Shown one piece after another: positions 22,235 through 31,752 of a stretch of DNA of 64,000 nucleotides. The notes under the pieces are model-generated. The model searched no databases. It was not told the origin of the DNA and was given only the letters and a program-made list of their open reading frames with translations. Position 1 is the stretch's first letter; each line of letters opens with the position of its first letter. The position numbers and the translations under genes were made by a program. The DNA lies in contig CAWHFW010000001.1 of the NCBI GenBank assembly GCA_963828735.1, positions 96,001 through 160,000 of the forward strand, given 5' to 3'. This stretch comes from an uncultured Gemmatimonadales bacterium (lineage in GTDB: Bacteria; Gemmatimonadota; Gemmatimonadetes; Gemmatimonadales; GWC2-71-9).

Positions 22235-24569
22235 GTCCGAACCCGCCGCCGCGTTCGAGCCCCGCCGACCAGCGGTGCTGGCGGCGGCCGTGTTCCTGGC
22301 GGCCGCGCTCACCCTGTGCTGGCCGATGCTCGCCGGTCGCTGGCTGCTGGGCGACGACCAGTATGTCGCCGGCTACGGCTTTCGTCTGTTCGGCGCCGAG
22401 ATGTTCCGCGCGACGGGGCATATTCCGGAGTGGAACCCGTATCTCTTCGGCGGCCTGCCGTTCATCGCGGCGCAGCACGGCGACATCTTCTATCCGACTG
22501 CGTGGCTCCGGTGGGTGCTGCCGGTGGACTGCGCCATGAACCTCGGGTTCTTCGCGCACATCGTCCTCGCGGGGGCGTGCATGTACGCCTTCGTCCGGGC
22601 CCTGGGCGCGAGCTGGACCGCCGCGGTGATCGGTGGCCTCGCGTACGAGCTCACGGGCATCGTGGCGTCGCTCGTCCGGCCCGGGCACGACGGCAAGCTG
22701 TACGTCTCAGCGCTGGCCCCGCTCGCCTTGCTCGCCCTCCTGCGTGCGATCCGGCATCGCCGCGTGTCGGGGTATGGGCTCCTCGCGCTGGTCATCGGAC
22801 TCTGCATGCTGAGCCCGCACTACCAGATGACCTACTATCTCCTCGTCGCGAGCGCGCTCTGGACCATCTACCTGGCTCTCCTCGACCCCGAGCGGCCCGC
22901 GGGGCTCCGCTGGCCCAGGGAGTTCGCGCTGGCATTCGGCGCCGTCCTGCTCGGCCTCGGAATCGCGGCGATCCAGATCCTGCCCTTTCTCGCCTACCTG
23001 CCGTATTCGCCGAGAGGTGCGGGCGGCCCGAGCACGGGGTGGGACTACGCCACGCTGTTCTCGATGCCGCCCGAGGAGATCGTCACCACCGTACTGCCGC
23101 AGTTCAACGGCGTGCTGGATCACTATTGGGGCCGCAACGTCTTCAAGCTCCATACCGAGTATCTGGGCCCGATCGTCCTCGTGCTCGCGGTGCTCGGTGT
23201 GGGCGATCGCGGCCGCCGGCGGACGGTCCAGGCGCTGGGCGTCATCGGCCTGCTCTTCCTCCTGGTGGCCTTCGGCGGTCACACGCCGTTCTACTACCTG
23301 TGGTACGAAGTCATGCCCATGATGAAGAAGGTCCGCGCGCCGGGCATGGCCTTCTTCCTCGTGGCGCTGCCGGTGGCGGTGTTCGCCGCCTTCGGCACCG
23401 ACCGCCTGCTGCGGCGTGAGGTCTCGTTCCGGGCGCTCGCCACCGCGCTCGGCGTGCTCGCCGGCGTCGCGCTGCTCGGAGTCGTCGGGGTGCTGCAGGC
23501 GGTGGCCACCGTGCTCGCCGGACCCGAGCAGGCTTCGCGGGTGATCGCGAACGCGTCGGCGCTGCAGCTCGGTGCGCTTCGGCTCCTCCTCGTGGTCTTG
23601 ATCGGTGGCGGCGTGCTCTGGGCGGTCTGGCGGGGTCGGATCATCGGCGCCGCCGCCACGGCGGCCCTCGCCGTGGTCGTCATCGGCGATCTGTGGAGCA
23701 TCGATCGGCTGTTCTTCGAGTTCCGCGATCCCGCGGCCGTGACCTTCCGGGACGACGCGGTGACCAGCAGGCTCCGAGCGGAACCCAAGCCGTTTCGCGT
23801 GCTCGATGTCGGCGTGTATCAGGGGTCGTACCTGATGGCGCACGACATCCAGTCCATGCTCGGCTACCACGGGCAGGAGCTGCGATTCTACGACGAGCTG
23901 CTGGGCGGGAAGGGCCAGTGGCGCTATGCCGGGAGCCCGAGCCTCCTCGACCTGCTGGGCGTCCGCTTCCTGCTGTTGCCCGAGAGCCAGCCCGTTCCGG
24001 GATTCCACCAGGTGTTGGGTCCTGTCGAGACGACGCCGGGGCCGCAGGCGGTGCTCTTCGAGCGTGACACCATTCCGGCCTACGCACGGGTTGTGGCCGG
24101 CGCCGCCAAGCTCGCCGAAGATCAGATCCCGCCGACGGTGATCGACCCGCGATTCCCCTACGGGCGCCTCGCGCTCTACGGCGATACCGCGAGCGTGACG
24201 CCGGAGAAGATCCGGCCCGGCCAGATTCCGGACGCGCCGCCGATCGCCGCGGCGGTGTCCGACTGGGCGCCGGGGCGCATGCGCGTGACTCTGTCGGGAT
24301 CGGCCTCGACACCGACGTACTTGCTCGTCGGGGAGAACTGGTACCCCGACTGGCATGCGACGGTGGATGGCAAACCGGCGCCGGTGCTCCGGGGCGACTA
24401 TACGATGCTGAGCGTGGCGCTTCCGCCGGGGGCACGCGAGGTCCGGCTCTGGTTCGCTTCCGCGACCTATCCACGAGGCAAGATGGTCACCGCCGTGGCC
24501 CTGCTCGCGACGCTCGCGTTGTTGGCCACGCCACTCTGGACCCGCCGGCGGAGCTCGGCGAATGCCTGA
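22221..24569 (+). CDS. YfhO-family (GT-C-like) integral membrane protein
   Basis: PEWNPYLFGGLPF, IFYP, many TMs, C-terminal ENWYPDWHATVDG. Confidence 0.82.
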   Translation: MSHPESEPAAAFEPRRPAVLAAAVFLAAALTLCWPMLAGRWLLGDDQYVAGYGFRLFGAEMFRATGHIPEWNPYLFGGLPFIAAQHGDIFYPTAWLRWVLPVDCAMNLGFFAHIVLAGACMYAFVRALGASWTAAVIGGLAYELTGIVASLVRPGHDGKLYVSALAPLALLALLRAIRHRRVSGYGLLALVIGLCMLSPHYQMTYYLLVASALWTIYLALLDPERPAGLRWPREFALAFGAVLLGLGIAAIQILPFLAYLPYSPRGAGGPSTGWDYATLFSMPPEEIVTTVLPQFNGVLDHYWGRNVFKLHTEYLGPIVLVLAVLGVGDRGRRRTVQALGVIGLLFLLVAFGGHTPFYYLWYEVMPMMKKVRAPGMAFFLVALPVAVFAAFGTDRLLRREVSFRALATALGVLAGVALLGVVGVLQAVATVLAGPEQASRVIANASALQLGALRLLLVVLIGGGVLWAVWRGRIIGAAATAALAVVVIGDLWSIDRLFFEFRDPAAVTFRDDAVTSRLRAEPKPFRVLDVGVYQGSYLMAHDIQSMLGYHGQELRFYDELLGGKGQWRYAGSPSLLDLLGVRFLLLPESQPVPGFHQVLGPVETTPGPQAVLFERDTIPAYARVVAGAAKLAEDQIPPTVIDPRFPYGRLALYGDTASVTPEKIRPGQIPDAPPIAAAVSDWAPGRMRVTLSGSASTPTYLLVGENWYPDWHATVDGKPAPVLRGDYTMLSVALPPGAREVRLWFASATYPRGKMVTAVALLATLALLATPLWTRRRSSANA

Positions 24570-25281
24570 GCGCGCCCTCGTGGTGATCCCGACGTACAAC
24601 GAGCGGGTGAACCTGCCGCTCATCGTGCCCCAGATCCTGCAGCAGGACCGGCGGCTCGAGGTGCTGGTGGTCGACGACAATTCGCCCGACGGCACCGGGC
24701 AGCTCGCCAACGAGCTGGCCGCGGCGGACCCGCGCATTCACGTGCTCCACCGGCCAGGGAAGGCCGGCCTGGGGAAGGCGTACCTGGCGGGATTCCGTTG
24801 GGCCCTGGACCGGGGCTACGATCTCATCTTCGAGATGGACGCCGACTTCAGCCATGATCCCAAGTTCCTGCCGGAGTTCCTGCGGGCCATCGAGCACGCC
24901 GATCTCGTCATCGGCTCGCGCTATCATGCCGGCGTGAACGTCATCAACTGGCCGATCGGACGCCTGCTGCTCTCGGTGGGAGCCAACGAGTACGCCCGCC
25001 GCATCACCGGACTCCCGCTCACTGACTCGACCGGCGGCTTCAAGTGCTTTCGGCGACGAGTGCTCGAGGCCGTCGACCTCGACCGCGTGCGGTCGAACGG
25101 ATATTCCTTTCAGATCGAAATGAGCTTTCGAACCTGGAAGAAGGGGTTCCGCCTGCTCGAGATCCCGATCGTGTTCACGGATCGTGTGGAAGGCCAGAGC
25201 AAGATGAACAAGCGCATCGTGCGCGAGGCCATCTGGATGGTCTGGTGGCTCCGGCTTCAGGCGTTGACGAGGCGCCTGTGA
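24562..25281 (+). CDS. Polyprenol monophosphomannose synthase (Ppm1/DPM1-like GT2)
   Basis: IPTYNE, VDDNSPDGTG, GLGKAY, EMDADFSHDP, GYSFQIEM, GQSKM. Confidence 0.92.
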   Translation: MPERALVVIPTYNERVNLPLIVPQILQQDRRLEVLVVDDNSPDGTGQLANELAAADPRIHVLHRPGKAGLGKAYLAGFRWALDRGYDLIFEMDADFSHDPKFLPEFLRAIEHADLVIGSRYHAGVNVINWPIGRLLLSVGANEYARRITGLPLTDSTGGFKCFRRRVLEAVDLDRVRSNGYSFQIEMSFRTWKKGFRLLEIPIVFTDRVEGQSKMNKRIVREAIWMVWWLRLQALTRRL

Positions 25282-26102
25282 GGGGCACGATCGTCTACAA
25301 GATGACCGGGTCGGGGAACGACTTCGTTCTCCTCGATGGCCGCTCGACCGATCCCGAGGAATGGACGCCCGCGCGCGTGGTTCAGCTCTGCGACCGGCGA
25401 CTCGGGGTCGGCGCCGACGGGCTCGTCCTGCTCGCGCCCGAGACCCCGGGCTCGGTCCGGATGGCCTTCTGGAATTCTGACGGGTCCCGGGCCGCCATGT
25501 GCGGGAACGCGGCGCTCTGCAGCTCGCGGCTCGCCGTGCACCTGGAGCTGGTGGATCCGGGCGAGCTATGCCTGCTGACGGACGCGGGGGTGATTCGCGC
25601 CCGTTGCATGCCGGACAGCGACCGGGCCGAGATCCAGCTGCCGGACTTCGAGCTTTCGGCTTCAGCGCCGGCGTTCGATCCCGTGGCGGGCGAGCGATGG
25701 ATGGCCTTCGCCACCGTCGGCGTGCCGCACCTCGTCATTGGTGTGGACGACATCGAGGGGATCGACCTCGTGGGCCGCGGCCGAAGCCTCCGCTACGACC
25801 GTCGGCTCGGCCCCGCCGGGGCCAACGTCAACTTCGTCGCCGAGCCCCATCGGGTCGGCGAGCCGTGGCTCATCCGAACGTACGAGCGTGGCGTGGAGGG
25901 CGAGACCTTGGCGTGCGGCACGGGAACGGTGGCTTCGGGAGTGGCGCTGGCGGCGCGTGGGGAGAGCGCGCTTCCTGTCCGGTTCACCAGCCGCGGCGGC
26001 GAGGAGCTCCAGGTCCGGGCGGACCTAAGCGGCCGGAGCGCTTCAGACGTCTGGCTTGGGGGGCAGGGAAAGCTGGTATTTCGGGCGGTGTGGGAGGGCT
26101 GA
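25278..26102 (+). CDS. dapF: Diaminopimelate epimerase
   Basis: KMTGSGNDF, GVGADG, MCGNA, GVPH, ERGVEGETLACGTG. Confidence 0.96.
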   Translation: MRGTIVYKMTGSGNDFVLLDGRSTDPEEWTPARVVQLCDRRLGVGADGLVLLAPETPGSVRMAFWNSDGSRAAMCGNAALCSSRLAVHLELVDPGELCLLTDAGVIRARCMPDSDRAEIQLPDFELSASAPAFDPVAGERWMAFATVGVPHLVIGVDDIEGIDLVGRGRSLRYDRRLGPAGANVNFVAEPHRVGEPWLIRTYERGVEGETLACGTGTVASGVALAARGESALPVRFTSRGGEELQVRADLSGRSASDVWLGGQGKLVFRAVWEG

Positions 26103-26222
26103 TCAGGATGCTGGGTAGCACCACCGTATCTCTTGTAAGTCAAACGCCAACATTGAATTAACAGCCTCATGATGCTGAGGCCTAGCTTGGCTTCGGACCG
26201 GGCCAGCGGAGAAGGAGGCCAT

Positions 26223-26251
26223 CAGTCCACACTTCTCCACAGTTATCCTCA
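26223..26251 (+). repeat. Three 10-bp-phased DnaA-box-like 9-mers
   Basis: CAGTCCACA (26223), TTCTCCACA (26233), TTATCCTCA (26243); the last two are 1 mismatch from TTATCCACA. Confidence 0.5.
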
Positions 26252-26256
26252 CTGCG

Positions 26257-26284
26257 ACTTAACATAACATATCTTATACGTCGT
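26257..26284 (-). other. dif: Chromosome dimer resolution site dif (XerC/XerD)
   Basis: Minus strand ACGACGTATAA-GATATG-TTATGTTAAGT, 11-6-11 architecture; XerD arm differs by 1 nt from E. coli TTATGTTAAAT; located at the gene-orientation switch. Confidence 0.88.
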
Positions 26285-26399
26285 TACTTGTAACCGAGGC
26301 TCGTGGGGTGGCTGGGCCGTGACTCTTGGATCTGACCTTTGTCCTGCCGTCCTCATGACCTCCTGGGGCACGGATGCGGCCGTGATGAGCCCCCAAACG

Positions 26400-26435
26400 A
26401 AAGCGCCGACCGGAATGACCCTGGTCGGCGCTTTT
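26400..26435. terminator. Intrinsic terminator, probably bidirectional
   Basis: AAAGCGCCGACC...GGTCGGCGCTTTT inverted repeat just beyond the stop of the 26461-27234 gene. Confidence 0.75.
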
Positions 26436-26460
26436 CCGTGCGTGCCTGCCCGCTGACCCC

Positions 26461-27234
26461 TTACTGCGGCTTCGCTGCCGGCGGCGGGGTCTGCATGCCT
26501 TCGTGCGCCTTCGCCATCATGTCGCTTATGCGGATTTCCTTGTAGCCCGCGGGCGGCGCGAAGACGTCGTCACCGACGACCTTCCGCTCGATCTTGGTCG
26601 CCTCGAGCTGGGTCGACGGCTTGCCGTCCTTGGTGTTGGTGGCCTTGAGGATGCCCTTGTTGCCGCCGACCAATTGCCGGAACTGCTCCATCTGGTCGCG
26701 GGCGGCACCGGTCTGCTGCAGCATTGGGTTGTTGAAGGTCAAGTCCGCGAGAGCGAATCCAACGCCCTCCGCCACGCAGGCATCGCCTTCCTCCTTCTCA
26801 CCCTTCTCTCCAGTGTACACGCCGTGCCACATCTCGCACGGGGCGCCCGCCACGACCTCGGACTTCCCCGTCTTCTCGAACTTGTACTTGGACGGATCCG
26901 TGGCGTGCTGTTGATGCATCATCGGTCCCATCATGGCCTGCATCTGCTTGGCGTCTTCCTGGGTCATCAGCATGTACTGCTTCTTCTCGGGCTCCACGAT
27001 GATCATGGTCTTCGCGTCGTTGTCGATGATCATCGTGCCCTGACTCGAGCCGAACCCGTCGAGCCTCAGCTTGTTCCCCTTCGTCGTCTGGACGAAGGTG
27101 TCCGACTTCCCGCCGCTGCGGTCGCTCTGGAACGTGATCACGCCGTTGAAGCCCAGCTGCGCGGCCGCTCCACCGGGGTGTAGCGCGCCTGCCGCCAATA
27201 GGACGGGGACAACTCTCCAATACCCTCGCGTCAT
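26461..27234 (-). CDS. Secreted DUF4412-like protein
   Basis: Signal peptide, 'KTGKSEVVAGAPCE.W', C-terminal 'DDVFAPPAGYKE'; GAGGAG RBS. Confidence 0.75.
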   Translation of the reverse strand: MTRGYWRVVPVLLAAGALHPGGAAAQLGFNGVITFQSDRSGGKSDTFVQTTKGNKLRLDGFGSSQGTMIIDNDAKTMIIVEPEKKQYMLMTQEDAKQMQAMMGPMMHQQHATDPSKYKFEKTGKSEVVAGAPCEMWHGVYTGEKGEKEEGDACVAEGVGFALADLTFNNPMLQQTGAARDQMEQFRQLVGGNKGILKATNTKDGKPSTQLEATKIERKVVGDDVFAPPAGYKEIRISDMMAKAHEGMQTPPPAAKPQ

Positions 27235-27594
27235 TCAGGTGCTCCTCTCGTTGGCGCGGCATGAAGTCCCGCGGTTGTACGCCTTCTTCTCGGGTTCGAC
27301 CAGCCGCCAGGGCGCGCCCAGCTCCATCTACCTTCCGAACCTGGGAATCGACTGGTCCGGGAGCCTCGTGTCAACGCCCGCGTGAGGCACGCGGTTTCGA
27401 TCGGCATGGGGTGCTGGGCGGAGGACGGACCCATCCGGGTCGCGAGCGTGCGCGCGAGGCCGGCGGTTCGGCGGAAGCGATTGCGCGGAGAGCGAGCGTT
27501 CCGGGCCATGGAACGGATCGCAGCTTTCGGTCGTAGAGGTCGCCCTCAATATGCGCCTGGAGCGGCCTCGCGCGCCATCAGGGGCCGCAACGAG

Positions 27595-27623
27595 AACGGG
27601 CCAGCCGACAAGGCTGGCCCGTT
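27595..27623 (-). terminator. Hairpin/terminator downstream of the TPR gene
   Basis: AACGGGCCAGCC-GACAA-GGCTGGCCCGTT, perfect 12-bp stem. Confidence 0.7.
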
Positions 27624-27647
27624 TCCATCAGCGCGGAGGCGCCGGGG

Positions 27648-28316
27648 TTACATCTTGCCGTCTGTCAGCTCTGCCAGGCGCACCTGCGCCTCGGTGAAGC
27701 TCGACGACTTGGGATGCTTCTGGATGATCTCGCGGTAGACCGCGATGGCCTCCTGGGTCTTGGAGCCTTCGCGATAGGCACGTCCGGCGTCGACCAGATA
27801 GCGGGCCTGGAGATACTCCAGGTCGGCCGCTTTCGCGGCACTGGCGAACGCATCCCCCGCGTCCGCCCACTTCTGCGAATTCTCGAGGGCTGCGCCCAGA
27901 AGCCCGTACGCGGGTGCGGCGTACTTGGCGTCGGGCTTGGTGGCCAAAAAGTCCCTGAGCCCCACCGCCGCCAGCTCACTCTGTCCATTCACCATCCGGA
28001 CCTGGTTCAGCGTGATGACAGCCTCGCTGGCCGCGTCCGTGCCCTTGTAGGTCTGCATCAGCTTCTGGAGCTCACTCGACGCCAACGGCAGATTGCCGGC
28101 CTCCGCCGCGGCGCGCGCCTGGTTGAGGCTGCGCGCGGCGAATTCCTCCTTGCGCCGGTTGCTCGACATCACGAACCAGGCTATCAGACCGGCCGCGATC
28201 ACCGCCGCGGCAATCACTACCAGCTGCCGATTCCGGTCGCGGTACCACGGCGCGCCGGCGGGTGGTGGGCTGGTGCGTTCACGGGTCGTCGGTTGTACGG
28301 TCGTCGCCATGTCCAT
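27648..28316 (-). CDS. Membrane-anchored TPR protein (YfgM-like)
   Basis: Single N-terminal TM then TPR-like helices ('YKGTDAA', 'YREIIQKHPKS'). Confidence 0.75.
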   Translation of the reverse strand: MDMATTVQPTTRERTSPPPAGAPWYRDRNRQLVVIAAAVIAAGLIAWFVMSSNRRKEEFAARSLNQARAAAEAGNLPLASSELQKLMQTYKGTDAASEAVITLNQVRMVNGQSELAAVGLRDFLATKPDAKYAAPAYGLLGAALENSQKWADAGDAFASAAKAADLEYLQARYLVDAGRAYREGSKTQEAIAVYREIIQKHPKSSSFTEAQVRLAELTDGKM

Positions 28317-28348
28317 CCTGCCTAGAGTGATGTGCCCTGCCCTGCCAG

Positions 28349-28422
28349 TGCCCCCGGCGTGACTCGAACACGCGGCCAACAGTTTAGGAAACTGCTGCTC
28401 TATCCATCTGAGCTACGGGGGC
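28349..28422 (-). tRNA. tRNA-Arg (anticodon CCT); CCA not encoded
   Basis: GCCCCCG acceptor stem, AGCTCAGATGGATAGAGC D-arm, GCAGT-TTCCTAA-ACTGT anticodon arm, GTTCGAGTC T-loop. Confidence 0.95.
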
Positions 28423-28551
28423 TGAGCCATGCCGGAAAATAGGTTACCAGCTCGACTTCATGTAGCCTGTGAGATCCCCGTGGCCGCCGCCGGGCCGGAG
28501 TGCGGGGGTATGGTAACCCCTTGGACCACCCCGCGAAAGCCCGGTCCTGGC

Positions 28552-29088
28552 CTAGCGGCGCGCCACGACATAGGTCGCGGCGTCGGTCAGTTTCTCCGTG
28601 CCCCCCAAGCCCGTGATCTCGAGCAGGAAGCTCCATCCCACGAGCTCGGCGCCTAGGCCCAGGACCAGCTGGCCCGCGGCCCGCGCGGTGCCCCCGGTCG
28701 CCAACACGTCGTCCACGATCAGGACCCGGGCCGGGGCCGGCAGACCGTCCCTGTGGCACTCCAGCGCGTCTTTGCCGTACTCCAGATCGTAGGATTCGGT
28801 GACACGCTCCCAGGGGAGTTTGCCCGGCTTCCGCGCCGGGACGAACCCTGCCCCGAGGTTCGTCGCCACCGCGCCGCCGAGGATGAACCCCCTCGCCTCG
28901 ATACCCACCACGTGGGTCACGCCCTGCTCCCGAAACGGGTCCGCCATGGCGTCGACCACGGCGCGGAGCAGCCGACCGTCGCGCAGGACCGGGGTGATGT
29001 CCTGGAAGATGATCCCCGGTTTCGGATAGTTGGGGATGGGCCGGAGCGTGTCCAGGACGTGGCGCGCCAACGGCGTTGCAATCGTCAT
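28552..29088 (-). CDS. apt: Adenine phosphoribosyltransferase
   Basis: [40 protein letters not shown]. Confidence 0.97.
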   Translation of the reverse strand: MTIATPLARHVLDTLRPIPNYPKPGIIFQDITPVLRDGRLLRAVVDAMADPFREQGVTHVVGIEARGFILGGAVATNLGAGFVPARKPGKLPWERVTESYDLEYGKDALECHRDGLPAPARVLIVDDVLATGGTARAAGQLVLGLGAELVGWSFLLEITGLGGTEKLTDAATYVVARR

Positions 29089-29357
29089 CGGATGTCGAAG
29101 CTCCTGATGGGAAGGGGCGGGTCGTCCACCGAGTCGGAACGGTCGACCCCGGTCACGTGCGCGTTGGCCGGGCCGGCCCTGAGCAGCGCCTCGAGCCGCA
29201 GCAGGGCCGCCTCGTCACCGTTGGCCACCACCTCGACCCGGCCGTCGGCGAGGTTGCGGGCGTACCCCGACAGGTCGAGACCCCGCGCATGCCGGGCGAC
29301 GAACCACCGGAACCCGACACCCTGCACCTGCCCCGCCACGAGGAAGCGCACCGTCAT
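29085..29357 (-). CDS. acyP: Acylphosphatase
   Basis: [24 protein letters not shown]. Confidence 0.93.
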   Translation of the reverse strand: MTVRFLVAGQVQGVGFRWFVARHARGLDLSGYARNLADGRVEVVANGDEAALLRLEALLRAGPANAHVTGVDRSDSVDDPPLPIRSFDIR

Positions 29358-29980
29358 CCAGCCGTCGCCCCCCGCCGGCGCCGCCACCACATGTAGACCG
29401 CCACGAGCACGAGCGTTCCCGGAAGCACGTAGTACAGGAGCGTGTGGTGCACGTACGGCCCGATGGCCCGCTCCACGTCGCCGCCGTGGCGGCCGATCAG
29501 CCAGCCGAGGTACGTAAGGATGCCGCACCAGAGCCCCGCGCCCAGCGCGGTGAAGGCAACGAAGCGGCCCAGCGCCATACGCGACATGCCGGCGGGGATC
29601 GAGATCAGGTGGCGGATGACCGGGAGGAGGCGCCCGACGAACGTGCTGATCTCGCCATGTCGCCGGAAGAAGGCCTCGGTACGGTCCAGCGATCGCTCCG
29701 AGACGAGCACGAACTTGCCGTAGCGCCGGAGCACGGGCTCGCCGACCAGCACGGCCAGCATGTAGTTCACCAGCGCGCCGATCACGCTCCCCAATGTCCC
29801 GGCGGCCACCGCGAGTCCGGCGCTCATGTGGCCCTTGGACGCCAGGTAGCCGGCCGGCGGCATGACCAGTTCGCTCGGCAGCGGCAGCACCGACGATTCG
29901 ATCGCCATCAGGGCGATGATGCCAGGATAGCCCAGGGCGAGCACGCTGTCGGCGAGCCAATGGAAGAATGAAGTCAGCAT
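29354..29980 (-). CDS. DedA family membrane protein
   Basis: [34 protein letters not shown]. Confidence 0.93.
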   Translation of the reverse strand: MLTSFFHWLADSVLALGYPGIIALMAIESSVLPLPSELVMPPAGYLASKGHMSAGLAVAAGTLGSVIGALVNYMLAVLVGEPVLRRYGKFVLVSERSLDRTEAFFRRHGEISTFVGRLLPVIRHLISIPAGMSRMALGRFVAFTALGAGLWCGILTYLGWLIGRHGGDVERAIGPYVHHTLLYYVLPGTLVLVAVYMWWRRRRGATAG

Positions 29981-29987
29981 GCGGAGC

Positions 29988-30653
29988 TCATGAGGAGAAT
30001 CCGAATTGGCCGAGCAAGGGCACGAAGCGCACGTCCGCCACGGTACTCGTCTCCAGCTGGTCGCCGACGCGTCGCGCCATGGTCAGGACCTGGCTGTTCC
30101 GGTCGCCGAGGGGGATGACCAGCCGGCCGCCGGCCGCCAGCTGCTCCAGCAGCGGCGTCGGGATCTCGGGTGACGCGGCGGCCACGAGGATCGCGTCGTA
30201 GGGAGCGAAGGGACGCCAGCCGAGGGTGCCGTCGCCGACGAGCACCGTGACGTTGCGGATGCCCGCGCTCTCGAGGGCCACGCGGGCGCTCTGGGCGAGC
30301 GCCGGGATGCGCTCCACGGCGAACACCGCGTCGGCGAGCTGGGCCAGGAGCGCGGTCTGATATCCCGATCCCGCGCCGACCTCGAGCACCCGCTCGCGGC
30401 CGGTGAGCGCGGCCAGCTCGAGGTAGCGCGCCTGCACCCACGGCTGCGAGATCGTCTGACCGCCAGCGATGGGCAGGGCGACGTCCTCGTACGCCCGGTG
30501 GCGCACGCTTTCCGGCACGAAGAGGTGGCGGGGCACCGATCCGATCGCGCTCAGCACCGCGAGGTCGCGAATCCCCTTCTGCCGCAGCGTCTCGACCAGC
30601 CGGGAGCGGTAGCCGCCATAGCCGTCGCCGTCCCTCATCCCTCCAGCGACCAT
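29988..30653 (-). CDS. pcm: Protein-L-isoaspartate O-methyltransferase
   Basis: VPRHLFV, QTISQP, VLEVGAGSGYQ, GDGTLGW, APYDAI; alternative start at 30638. Confidence 0.96.
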   Translation of the reverse strand: MVAGGMRDGDGYGGYRSRLVETLRQKGIRDLAVLSAIGSVPRHLFVPESVRHRAYEDVALPIAGGQTISQPWVQARYLELAALTGRERVLEVGAGSGYQTALLAQLADAVFAVERIPALAQSARVALESAGIRNVTVLVGDGTLGWRPFAPYDAILVAAASPEIPTPLLEQLAAGGRLVIPLGDRNSQVLTMARRVGDQLETSTVADVRFVPLLGQFGFSS

Positions 30654-31387
30654 CCCTTGACCGTCTCCAGCAGCGCGTAGTTCGTGAGGTCCATGTGGAG
30701 CGGCGTGACCGAGACGTACCCTTCGGCCACCGCCAGGTGGTCCGAATTCTCGGTGCCCGTCCAGGTGATCGTCCCACCGCCGATCCAGAAGATCTCGCGG
30801 CCCCAGGGATCCTTCATGCGCGTGAGCGAATCGGAGAAGTACCGGCTGCCGAGCTTGGTGACCTGGATGCCGCGCACCTCGGAGGCCGGGACGCGCGGCA
30901 GGTTGATGTTGAGCAGGGTCTGCTCGGGGAACGCGGGCACGCTCGTGATCTGGCGGACGAGGTGGACCAGCGTCTCGCGGTACGTGCTCATGGTCTCGGG
31001 CTGGCTCCCGCCGGTGAACGAGATGCCGATGCCGGGGACGCCCAGCGTCACCGCCTCCATCGCCGCGGAGACCGTGCCCGAATAGAGCACGTCCTCGCCC
31101 ATGTTGGGCCCGTGATTCACGCCGGAGAAGACGAAGTCCGGGCCCTCGGGCATGAGGGCCTGGATGGCGAGCATCACGCAGTCGGTGGGCGTGCCGTCCA
31201 CCTGCCAGGCCCCGTCGGGCCGGCGGGCGGGTCGGAGCGGGCGATGCAGGGTGAGGGAGTGGGAGGTGCCGCTTTGCTCGCGATCCGGGGCCACCACGGT
31301 GACGGTGCCGACCTCGCGGCAGACGTCCGCGAGCAGAGCGAGACCGGGAGCGAGGATGCCGTCGTCGTTGGTGACGAGGATGTTCAT
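30635..31387 (-). CDS. surE: 5'/3'-nucleotidase SurE
   Basis: ILVTNDDG, GTPTDCV, SGVNHGPN, YSGTVSAA. Confidence 0.97.
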   Translation of the reverse strand: MNILVTNDDGILAPGLALLADVCREVGTVTVVAPDREQSGTSHSLTLHRPLRPARRPDGAWQVDGTPTDCVMLAIQALMPEGPDFVFSGVNHGPNMGEDVLYSGTVSAAMEAVTLGVPGIGISFTGGSQPETMSTYRETLVHLVRQITSVPAFPEQTLLNINLPRVPASEVRGIQVTKLGSRYFSDSLTRMKDPWGREIFWIGGGTITWTGTENSDHLAVAEGYVSVTPLHMDLTNYALLETVKGWSLEG

Positions 31388-31752
31388 CCGCGCGACCCGT
31401 CCGTGCGCCCGTCGAGGATCTTCACGATCTCCTCGATGGCGGCCCGGACCTCGGTCGCGAGCTCGGCCTCGAACGCCTTTCGCGCCGACGCGCGCAGCTC
31501 GCCCGTGCGGCGATACTGGTCGATGCGCTGCCGGGCGCCGTCGATGGTGAACTTCTCGGTGTAGAGCAGGTGCTTCACCAGCATGATCAGCTCGACCTCG
31601 CGGCTCTTGTAGACCCGGTTCCCGGAGCGGTTCTTGGCCGGGTTGAGGAAGCGGAACTGGCTCTCCCAATACCGGAGCACGTGGGGCTTGAGGTCGGTGA
31701 GCGCACAGACCTCACCGATGGAATAAAACTCCTGGACCGGCCGGGTGGTCAT
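31384..31752 (-). CDS. MerR-family HTH regulator
   Basis: YSIGEVCALTDLKPHVLRYWESQF...GNRVY. Confidence 0.9.
   Translation of the reverse strand: MTTRPVQEFYSIGEVCALTDLKPHVLRYWESQFRFLNPAKNRSGNRVYKSREVELIMLVKHLLYTEKFTIDGARQRIDQYRRTGELRASARKAFEAELATEVRAAIEEIVKILDGRTDGSRG

Noticed and set aside
26103..26460. oriC interpretation of the AT-rich gap with DnaA-like boxes
   Set aside because: Genes converge rather than diverge, there is no dnaA/dnaN/parAB nearby, and a strong dif match is present
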